64,000 nt of DNA from Patescibacteria group bacterium (GTDB lineage: Bacteria > Patescibacteriota > Microgenomatia > 0-14-0-10-38-17). The stretch's first letter is position 1, and each line of letters begins with the position of its first letter. The notes below the pieces were generated by a model. The model was not told the DNA's origin, made no database searches, and was given only the letters and a program-made list of their open reading frames with translations. The stretch is from assembly GCA_050953885.1 (NCBI GenBank), contig JBMNNJ010000002.1, positions 41,586 through 105,585 on the forward strand. Reading direction: 5' to 3'. Positions 20,344 through 28,028 of this stretch are shown here, piece by piece. Made by a program: the position numbers and the translations under genes.

Positions 20344-20595
20344 GGGGAAAAAAGTTATTTTCTACTATATCACACTATTTTTGGTTTAGCAACTATCATT
20401 CTTGACTCTTTGCGCCTTCTATTTACACCTCTGGAAAAACCCAGCTCTTCCCGCTTACAGCAACGTGATAACGAATACTTTAGCTTTCCCTTTTTTAATA
20501 AATTGCTTATTATATAGTAATTTAGTTTTTTAAAAAGTTAACACCCGCTGGTAAATAATATTAATGCCGCCAATGTGTTTGACTTATACAAAAAA

Positions 20596-20624
20596 TTGAC
20601 ATTTCTTCTCAATCCTGCTATAAC
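20596..20624 (+). promoter_or_regulatory. Near-consensus sigma70 promoter with extended -10
   Basis: TTGACA-17 nt-TATAAC preceded by TG. Confidence 0.7.
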
Positions 20625-20630
20625 TCCAAT

Positions 20631-21026
20631 TAATTTAGAATTAAGGAATCAACAGCGATTCCCCTAAGCTCTAATGGTTCTTTGAAATATTCAGTTGTTG
20701 CATGGGATAGTTGATCCATCTCAAAGGCGAGGTGGGGAAACTATAAACACCCTAAGAAGATCCTTGGAAGAGAATCTTTGGAAAGATTAAAGCCAAGAGT
20801 CCCTCTTTATTGCCAAAACAGGCGTTTCTGTCTTAACTGACAGCTAAGAGCCACTAACCCCAAAGGGGTTTAAAAAAAGGCAAGAAGGGCAACTTACCGC
20901 TGAAAATCTTAACAAGAGACTCTGACAAGCATCGAAGCCCGATTGGCGGGAAACTGATTAGGCAATCCAAAACAGCGGATTAAATCTAATCAGGCAAACC
21001 TTTTCTTCACTTGAAAGGAGTGAAAA
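20631..21026 (+). ncRNA. Candidate structured RNA or long 5' leader
   Basis: Multiple stems by eye (atagtt/aactat, ccatctc/gaggtgg, cttgg/ccaag, aacccc/ggggtt, ctgattag/ctaatcag); boxA-like GTTCTTTGAAA at 20677. Confidence 0.45.
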
Positions 21027-21254
21027 ATGGCAGGACCGTTGGGCGGTGGGTTTGGGAGAAACCCCTTTGGGGATCCTTTCGGAAGTCCTCCTGGCTACCC
21101 CTCAATACAAGTAGGGGGCAGAACAATGTACCCCGATATCCAAGGAGAACTTCATAACACCAAGGCCGAGGCAATTCTCGCCAACCAACGCTTTGAAGAA
21201 AACTTCAATCACGTTACTGGCGGTAATTGCGGTCAAGATCCCGACAGGGCCTAG
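21027..21254 (+). CDS. Orphan small protein (75 aa, Gly/Pro-rich N-terminus)
   Basis: Strong SD AAGGAG at 21015-21020 with 6-nt spacing; downstream of a consensus promoter. Confidence 0.55.
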   Translation: MAGPLGGGFGRNPFGDPFGSPPGYPSIQVGGRTMYPDIQGELHNTKAEAILANQRFEENFNHVTGGNCGQDPDRA

Positions 21255-21372
21255 GGGTAGAAAAAGTTCCAATAACTGAATAAGTGGTAAAATAAGAAAG
21301 AAGATTGTCGCTAAAGCGATATCCATGTTACCACCATGGTAGGTAAAAAACCCAATCTTCTTTCTTTCTCTC

Positions 21373-22674
21373 TTACTTAAAAACTGAAATCGCCTTTTCA
21401 ATTTCATCTTTCTTTAAATTTCCCATCAAACCAATATTTATCTTTGAAAAATCAAAAATTTCTTGCACTAAACAGTCAATCTCTTCTTTTGATATTTTTT
21501 CAACTATCCTCATATATTCCTCCGGAAGTCGGATTTTCCTACCCGCAAGCTCCTCTCCTACCACCCAATCGGCAATTTGTAACGGCGTTTCAAAATTGAA
21601 ACAAACAATATTCCTTCGATATAAATTCTTTGCTTTTTGCGTTTCCTTCTTTTGGACGCCATTTTTCTTAATCTTTTCCAACTCTTTCTTAATTAATTGC
21701 ATTGAGAGAGAAAGATTTTCTTTAGCCACCGAACCACCGATAATAAATTCTCCCATAAAAGGAAAGTCTACGGTATCGCTACCAACAGAATAAACTAAAT
21801 TATTATTTTCTCTCAAAAGCTTTGCTAGCCTTGATGAAGGGCTATCGCCGACAATAAAACTTAAAAGCCCCAACCAAAGAAGCTTTCTCATTTTTACTTC
21901 CTTAAAGCCAAAGGTGGGAAAAGTGAGGAGAAATCTAATTTGGTTTGATTTTTCTTTCTGATAATAAGTTAAAAAATCAGAGTAAGTAATTTTTAAACGA
22001 GAAGGTTCTTCAATTTTTTCAGTGTTTTTCTTCTTACCAAAACTGTTTTTAATTTTCATCATTATTTTCCTTTGATTAAAATTACCCGCAACAGAAAGAA
22101 TCATATTAGCTGGTTGATAATATTTATTTTTCCAAGCTAAAAGTTTTTCCCTCGTAAACGATTGGATTGTTTCTGGTCTGCCCAAAGAATCATATTGATA
22201 AACGTTCTCGCCTCTCATTCTTCTTAAAAACATTTTTTGTTTAAATTTGTTCTGGGGTTCCGACCAGTAACCAAAATATTCGCTTAAAACAATTTTCTTA
22301 ACATGATTAAGCCGCGAGGCAGGCAGGGTAGGAAGGAAAACAAGCTCATATAAAAAATCAAGCGCCTTTTCTCCTTTCTCAGAAGGAGAGTCTACATAAT
22401 AAACAGTACTAAACCTACCAGATTGCGCATTTTGATACATTCCCTCAAATTCGATCGCTTCTGAAAGAAGTTCAAAGCTTTTATAATTTTTGGTCCCCTG
22501 ATGAATAAAATGCTCTAAAAAGTGAGAAATACCATTATTTTTTCTGTCTTCGTTAACGGTCCCAACCTTAACATACAGGCTGACATAAAAAGTTTTCACC
22601 GTTTTTATATTAACAAGAAACACCGTTAACCCATTGGGGAGGAGCAGTTTCCGGTAAGGAAGTTTCCTATTCAT
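21373..22674 (-). CDS. M16 family (insulinase-like) zinc peptidase
   Basis: GISHFLEH (HxxEH), YYQPANMILSVAG, SSRLAKLLRE..LVYSV. Confidence 0.9.
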   Translation of the reverse strand: MNRKLPYRKLLLPNGLTVFLVNIKTVKTFYVSLYVKVGTVNEDRKNNGISHFLEHFIHQGTKNYKSFELLSEAIEFEGMYQNAQSGRFSTVYYVDSPSEKGEKALDFLYELVFLPTLPASRLNHVKKIVLSEYFGYWSEPQNKFKQKMFLRRMRGENVYQYDSLGRPETIQSFTREKLLAWKNKYYQPANMILSVAGNFNQRKIMMKIKNSFGKKKNTEKIEEPSRLKITYSDFLTYYQKEKSNQIRFLLTFPTFGFKEVKMRKLLWLGLLSFIVGDSPSSRLAKLLRENNNLVYSVGSDTVDFPFMGEFIIGGSVAKENLSLSMQLIKKELEKIKKNGVQKKETQKAKNLYRRNIVCFNFETPLQIADWVVGEELAGRKIRLPEEYMRIVEKISKEEIDCLVQEIFDFSKINIGLMGNLKKDEIEKAISVFK

Positions 22675-22762
22675 AGCACAATTTTAGCATATTCTCGCCG
22701 TATTTTCGTAACAGTGCAAGTTCTAAAAACAATGGCCACTCTCTAGACAGTTAAAACATTAT

Positions 22763-22867
22763 AGTTACACCTTAGAGGTGAGTTTCTATTTACACCTCCG
22801 GTATTTTGCCTGCGTTTAGACCCTAGCAATCAGTAGACTATAATTACGGATACAAGAATAAAAAATA
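22763..22867. repeat. TTACACC/GAGGTG-family repeat block, copy A
   Basis: agttacaccttagaggtg...tttacacctccgg...atcagtagactataattacggatacaagaataaaaa; direct repeat of 24873-25026. Confidence 0.85.
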
Positions 22868-23006
22868 AAAGTAATTGCTCAGCTTTTACGGCAAAACTAG
22901 CCCTTAACTTATTCTGAAGTTATTCAACCCCTAAAGCTGACAAGCTTTCCAAAACCCAAAAACCTCGGGAAATCAACTAACTTTTAGCCCACGGCTTGCT
23001 TCGCCA

Positions 23007-24794
23007 TTACCAGCTACCGCCCCCTCCGCCGCCAAAACCACCACCAGATGAGCCGCCGGAGGAGCCGCCACCGGAAAACCCCGAACCCCCCGACCATGAA
23101 GATTTCCCTGACGGTGAAGAAGATAAAGCCGTGGTTGAGCTCTTGTAAAAACCGCGCCAGTCGCTATAAAAACTGGCCGCCACTGCCCCTTCAAAATAAT
23201 CGGGCGGCTTAACCCCTAAATCTGCCATCTCCTTAGCTAATTTCTCTACCACTCCCAAAGAAATGGCTAAAGGCAAGATTTCCTCTAAAAACAAATGCTT
23301 TTCGGCAATTTCTTCCCGCCATTTACTTTTATTAATATACCACTGAAGGCCTTCAATTTGGCGATAAAGAGAATATCCCCAAGCTGTCCGCCGCGGCATT
23401 GACTTCGCCATTAAAATCGTCGGCACCAAAAAGAGAAAAAACAAAACCAACGGAACGCTGCCGGCAAAAGAAATAAAAGAACTTAAGAGCAGAACAAAAT
23501 CTCCCAAAAGCATTATTATCGCTATCGTCAGCCATTTAGCCCTGACCGTCTCCGGATTACCAACAAAAATTTTCTCCTCGACTAAATTTTTATAAAGCTT
23601 TTTCTTAAATTCGGAAAGATATTTATAAAAATTATTTTTCAGATCAGACAAGGAAACTTCCTTGCTATGGGCAAATAAACTTAGCAAAAGATATTGCTGA
23701 TAATCTTTCAGCTTGTTCTTATCTTTTTCTTTCTTAATAAAAAGATAATCGGTTTTCTTGCCAATCAAACCCTTCTTTTCTGTCTTTTTAATATGCAAAT
23801 ATCCTAATCGCGCCATTTCCACAATTTCCGCCACCACATCCTGAATATCCACCTTCTCATCAATAATTGTCCCCGCTTGGGCAGGAGTCAGGTTATCAAG
23901 GGGAGAGTAAACTGTCGGTAAATAATCGCGATGAAAAAGGGGCACCGTCTCGGTTTTTTCCTCTTCGGGCTGATAATAAATATTATCGGTTAAGTATTTT
24001 TTATCACGACCTTTCTTATACCAAAAAGCAAATATTATCAAAAAAGGGGTAATCGCCGCTAAATAGCCCCAATTATCGGTTAAGAAATTAACCATTCTCT
24101 TAATTAACCCCGGAAATTTGAGCTGATTGTCTTTACTCAAGGCAACCACGATGGTAAAATCATCGCCCGGATTAAGAGAAACACTTGAAGTAAAAACCGC
24201 CTCTTGAGAGTTAAAATCACCCGTACACTGTTCTTCCTTGCTGCCAAAAGGCCCGCTAAAGCAGGCAATTTTAGTAATCGGGGCAAAGGGGGAAACAACT
24301 TTGGCGGAAGATTTTTTAATGATCGTGTCCCACTCATGACCGGTTACATTCCAATAAACCTCATCATGATCTTCATACGGCAGTAAAACTTCACTGATCG
24401 TGTATTTAATCACGTAAATATGGGGGCCGGTAATCGTTTCTTGCGGATCGCCAATTTTAAGATTAATACTTTGCCGATAGCGGCTTTCCTCATAATGATA
24501 ATCTTTGCCCATCTCGTCGGTTATGGAAACTACTTTTAAATTAGCGCGAATTGTTCTGCCGCCACTATTATAAATAACGGGGATAACCCGGAAAATCCCG
24601 TGTTTGGGAACAGAAAAATGGACACTAATTCTTTCTTCTACTGTTAAGGAAGTGTCCTGATTAACGGTAATCTCGCTGGAAAAATCCTCAATGGTATATT
24701 CCGACGATGCTACTGCCGCCGCTTCGGCAGGCAAAACTGCCAAGAAGAAAAAAGAAGAAAGAAGAAAGAAAAAAAGCAAAAAGAGTTTTTTCAT
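23007..24794 (-). CDS. DUF2207 family membrane protein
   Basis: HGIFRVIP, YWNVTGHEW, LPLAISLGV, C-terminal GGGFGGGGGGSW. Confidence 0.9.
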   Translation of the reverse strand: MKKLFLLFFFLLSSFFFLAVLPAEAAAVASSEYTIEDFSSEITVNQDTSLTVEERISVHFSVPKHGIFRVIPVIYNSGGRTIRANLKVVSITDEMGKDYHYEESRYRQSINLKIGDPQETITGPHIYVIKYTISEVLLPYEDHDEVYWNVTGHEWDTIIKKSSAKVVSPFAPITKIACFSGPFGSKEEQCTGDFNSQEAVFTSSVSLNPGDDFTIVVALSKDNQLKFPGLIKRMVNFLTDNWGYLAAITPFLIIFAFWYKKGRDKKYLTDNIYYQPEEEKTETVPLFHRDYLPTVYSPLDNLTPAQAGTIIDEKVDIQDVVAEIVEMARLGYLHIKKTEKKGLIGKKTDYLFIKKEKDKNKLKDYQQYLLLSLFAHSKEVSLSDLKNNFYKYLSEFKKKLYKNLVEEKIFVGNPETVRAKWLTIAIIMLLGDFVLLLSSFISFAGSVPLVLFFLFLVPTILMAKSMPRRTAWGYSLYRQIEGLQWYINKSKWREEIAEKHLFLEEILPLAISLGVVEKLAKEMADLGVKPPDYFEGAVAASFYSDWRGFYKSSTTALSSSPSGKSSWSGGSGFSGGGSSGGSSGGGFGGGGGGSW

Positions 24795-24872
24795 CTTTAA
24801 CAACTATCATATCACGTCCAAACTTCCCTAAAAACTGCCAAATAAAACTTAATTTACTTATTCTAAAAAAGC

Positions 24873-25026
24873 AGTTATACCTTAGAGGTGGGTTTCCCCG
24901 CCACAGCGGGGTCCGCCTTTGGCGGTCCGCTCGGGGCGGATCCCGCCACGGCGGGACTATTTACACCTCTGGTATTTACGCCTTTTGGTATCAGTAGACT
25001 ATATTACGGATACAAGAATAAAAATA
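24873..25026. repeat. TTACACC/GAGGTG-family repeat block, copy B, carrying a 61-bp insertion of four micro-hairpins
   Basis: Aligns to 22763-22867 except for the extra 24896-24956. Confidence 0.85.
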
Positions 25027-25110
25027 TTTTCCCGCTTTCCCCAATTCAGGGCATTTTAAAAAAGGGAAATTGCCTTTTAGCCCCTAATTTGCGACGGGGA
25101 GCAAGGTTAA

Positions 25111-26178
25111 TCAGCTTTGGGCGTTGTTTGGCGCCGACTTAAAAATTATTTCCAAAATTGCTTCCGGGGAAGTTGGCGAGGCAACAAAGTTTGTTGTTTT
25201 GCTAAAGGCCTCTATTGCCTGAAAAATTTCGGGGTTATCCCAATTAGCCTCATTTTTAGTTAATGGCTCATCTTTGCGCCAGCTAAACAAAACTGCCGCC
25301 TTAACTGGCCAATTTCTTAAAGATTCCAGACCTTCCCTAAACCAAAAATAAGGATTTTCCAAGGCAGTACCCACTTCGGCGATAATCATCGGTTTTTTAC
25401 CCTTAGTGAGCCTTTGTAATTCTTTAAAATCTGGCCCAAAAAGCTGTTTAAAAGAAAAATTGGGGTTGAAGTGACGGGGTTCCAGCAGGTGCTCGGCATC
25501 AATAAGATTAACTCGGTGTTTGTTATAACCGTCTAAACCAACAATGTCTACCCATTCGTCTCCGGGATAATAAGGGGCAATTGCCGCCGCCCCAACCGTA
25601 ACATTGGGAGAAAAAACAAATTTAACGTTGGGAGCATAATGGCGAAAAAGGCCAACCAGATAACGCCAACTTCCCACAAAGTCTTCGGCCGTATTTATTT
25701 TTGCTCCGTGAGCAAACCAATTACCATTCATTTCATAAAAAGGCCGAAGCAAAACTGGTCCCGGTAAATTAGCAAAATCCTTGGCCCTCTTGACTAAAGA
25801 GTCTTCAAACATCATTGTTTTTGACAAGAGAAACTCACCATTAAAACCTTGTGGAGTAAAAGAAAGCATCGGTAATTTTCCCATTTCCAAAATTTGCCCA
25901 AGACAAGCTAGCCCCCAAGAAGATTCTAAACCATCTTCAAAAATATTAACAATAGAAGAGCAAGCGGGCCTCAAAAGGCTTAAATCATTTCTATCAGGCG
26001 CCATCCCAAAGACTAAGGAATCTGGTTGCCGAAGTTCATAATTGGGTTCGCCCACTCTCCCCAAGCCCTCTAATCTACTTAGCATATCGGGGCCAAATTG
26101 GGCGGTTACTCCGATTGCGCTGGCTCCCAAGGTAAGCATTTTTAAAAATTCTCGTCGGGAGGCGCTTTGCTCTTTCAT
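25111..26178 (-). CDS. Glycoside hydrolase family 26-like protein with a twin-arginine-like N-terminus
   Basis: LRPFYEMNGNWF, YYPGDEWVDIVGLDGY, KPMIIAEVG; SRREFLK. Confidence 0.85.
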   Translation of the reverse strand: MKEQSASRREFLKMLTLGASAIGVTAQFGPDMLSRLEGLGRVGEPNYELRQPDSLVFGMAPDRNDLSLLRPACSSIVNIFEDGLESSWGLACLGQILEMGKLPMLSFTPQGFNGEFLLSKTMMFEDSLVKRAKDFANLPGPVLLRPFYEMNGNWFAHGAKINTAEDFVGSWRYLVGLFRHYAPNVKFVFSPNVTVGAAAIAPYYPGDEWVDIVGLDGYNKHRVNLIDAEHLLEPRHFNPNFSFKQLFGPDFKELQRLTKGKKPMIIAEVGTALENPYFWFREGLESLRNWPVKAAVLFSWRKDEPLTKNEANWDNPEIFQAIEAFSKTTNFVASPTSPEAILEIIFKSAPNNAQS

Positions 26179-26291
26179 AGGGAAATTTAAAAATCCCGGG
26201 GCTTAAAGCTATTCAACCCCAGCGTTGACGACCCTCCCACTTATTGGCAAATCGGAGAAATACCGAGGCGTTAAGCGGAAATTGCCAAAAA

Positions 26292-26498
26292 TTACACCTC
26301 TTCAAACAAAGCCCGGCGGTATTTCTTGGTTTTGGGGTCATAAATATAAATCCGACCGCACTTACAGCTCACCTTTTTTGTCCCATCCTGACGCGTTTCT
26401 TCCTTCCCGTCTTTTAAGGGATTGCCGCAACCAACACACCGGCCTTGCGATAAAAGCCAAGCCTGTACTGGAGCAATAATATTTTTAAACATTTTCAT
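26292..26498 (-). CDS. Small putative zinc-ribbon protein
   Basis: CVGCG...CKCG; overlaps the ruvX stop, suggesting translational coupling. Confidence 0.7.
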   Translation of the reverse strand: MKMFKNIIAPVQAWLLSQGRCVGCGNPLKDGKEETRQDGTKKVSCKCGRIYIYDPKTKKYRRALFEEV

Positions 26499-26874
26499 CT
26501 CCCTTTTTAACTAAAAACGAGGCTAAAATTTCCGCCGCGGCGGCGGCATCAGCCTCTTTTTTTCTTTTTTTTCTCCTGCTTCCTGTTTCGATCATTGTAG
26601 CAACTCCCGCCCGACTTGTCAAAGTTTCGTCTTCAAACTCAACCGGCAACCCCAGATTACTTTCAAGACTTTCTTTAAATGTTTTTATCTTTTTTCCTAA
26701 ATCTTCTGACCAACCCAAAACCAGCCGGTCAATCGCTTCTTTTTGGCAAATTTGGCCGATTTTTTCCGTTATTTCCTGATTATTTGGCAAAACTCCCCAG
26801 GGCCGCGTCAAACCTTTTTCGCCTAACGCCAAGCCAATCCTTTTCTCGCCATAATCAATGCCTAAGTAACGCAT
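26485..26874 (-). CDS. ruvX: RuvX/YqgF family RNase H-like nuclease
   Basis: YLGIDYGEKRIGLA, DETLTS, DAAAAAEIL. Confidence 0.92.
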   Translation of the reverse strand: MRYLGIDYGEKRIGLALGEKGLTRPWGVLPNNQEITEKIGQICQKEAIDRLVLGWSEDLGKKIKTFKESLESNLGLPVEFEDETLTSRAGVATMIETGSRRKKRKKEADAAAAAEILASFLVKKGDENV

Positions 26875-26877
26875 GAA

Positions 26878-27085
26878 AAATTAAACGGCTAAATTGTTAA
26901 ATTGCTAAATTGATAGAAAAGCATACTGGATACAACAGGATTTATAACAGGATTGAACGGGATCTTTTATCCTGTTTTACCCCGTAAACATCCTCTTTAA
27001 TCCCGTGTGCTTTGCCCCTTATTCGCTCATTCGTGTTTATTCGTTTCCCATTCGTGTCAATTCGCGTTTCAACAGTTTAACTGTT
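26878..27085. repeat. Composite locus: octamer arm, 94-bp CAGGAT module, ATTCG arm
   Basis: 26919-27012 is an inverted copy of 36122-36214. Confidence 0.88.
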
Positions 27086-27797
27086 ATTTTGCCAGTCTTG
27101 CCCGGACCACCAAACGGCGCAGATATGTTCCCGGCGGCACGCAAGTGACAAGGCTGATATAAGAGTCATCATAATGCTGTTCTAAAATCGCCAAATCATC
27201 AGGGGGAAGCTCAACCATTTCCGACACTAAGAACCGATAGCGCACGCCGTCAAAGTCAACCAAAATCTCATCGCCAATTTTTAAAGTCGGTAAGGTGGAA
27301 AAAATCGTCATATAATCTTTGGGGTTAAAAAACTGCGGCAAAACCGAATGGCCAAAAATAACCGCGTTACCGTAATTACCCGGATAAGCGGTTCCCCCAT
27401 ACTGGACTAAATTGCGGGAAAGATCCTCTCCGCCCACCTCCACCGTAGCATTAAAAACCCCAAGCTTGGGAATACTCAAATTGTAATAACGAATTTTGCC
27501 AACATTATTTTGCTGAAAGCCTACCGGCAACCAATTTTGAATTTCGGCCAAGTTTTGGTCGGCCACCCCCACCACGCCAAAAAGAGGCAAGCCTTTTAAA
27601 TCATTAGCATCCCTAAAATAAGGAGTGATAATTTTTTTCTCTCTAAATTGAGAAGCGGAGAGCTGATAGGAAATAATCGGCCAGCCGGCATAAGTAATAA
27701 TCATCAACCCTAGGGTAAAGATTAAAACCGGCAAGGTCCGCAAAATTTTTCCCAAGCGGCTGGGCCTTTTTGGTGGAGCTTTAAGATAAGAATACAT
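27084..27797 (-). CDS. Sortase (likely start MYSYLK at 27797)
   Basis: N-terminal TM, LSIPKLG, NAVIFGHS, SLVTCVPPGT..RLVV (His/Cys/Arg triad). Confidence 0.9.
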   Translation of the reverse strand: MYSYLKAPPKRPSRLGKILRTLPVLIFTLGLMIITYAGWPIISYQLSASQFREKKIITPYFRDANDLKGLPLFGVVGVADQNLAEIQNWLPVGFQQNNVGKIRYYNLSIPKLGVFNATVEVGGEDLSRNLVQYGGTAYPGNYGNAVIFGHSVLPQFFNPKDYMTIFSTLPTLKIGDEILVDFDGVRYRFLVSEMVELPPDDLAILEQHYDDSYISLVTCVPPGTYLRRLVVRARLAK

Positions 27798-28025
27798 GGT
27801 TAAGATACACGAATTTACACGAATGAGAAACGAATAGACACGAAAAATAAACTCAAAACGCAAATGGCAAAACTACATGGTAAATCTCAAACCACTTTAA
27901 AATGTAGTTTTTCAGATTTAAGTTTTGAGTTGTAGTTTTGATCCGCCAGCTGGCGGATTGCGATTTAACATTTGAGTTTATCTTTTGTCTCCTTGTATCT
28001 TAATATCTTAGTATCTTAGTATCTT
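27798..28025. repeat. CGAAT arm plus heptamer MITE-like copy with a micro-palindrome insertion
   Basis: tccgccagctggcgga at 27942-27957 interrupts the sequence seen intact at ~60601. Confidence 0.85.
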
Positions 28026-28028
28026 TTC

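Noticed and set aside
20918-21000. Hammerhead-like core (CTGACAAG...GAAAC-hairpin)
   Set aside because: Invariant residues deviate (CUGANGA broken, no NUH cleavage triplet) and stem I is poor.
20990-21030. c-di-GMP-I riboswitch (GGCAAACC...GAAA)
   Set aside because: The downstream GGACGCAAAG-type element and second stem are absent.
21102-21407. 101-aa minus-strand ORF
   Set aside because: It overlaps both the M16 gene end and the plus-strand ORF that has a promoter and SD; probably a shadow, though an antisense hydrophobic peptide cannot be excluded.
22763-25026. Integron attC sites
   Set aside because: No RYYYAAC/GTTRRRY core pair and no integron integrase; kept only as a generic repeated site.
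27798-27863. Upstream starts of the sortase ORF (likewise 5750 and 30152 for their ORFs)
   Set aside because: The extensions run through repeat arms; downstream ATGs give more plausible N-termini.
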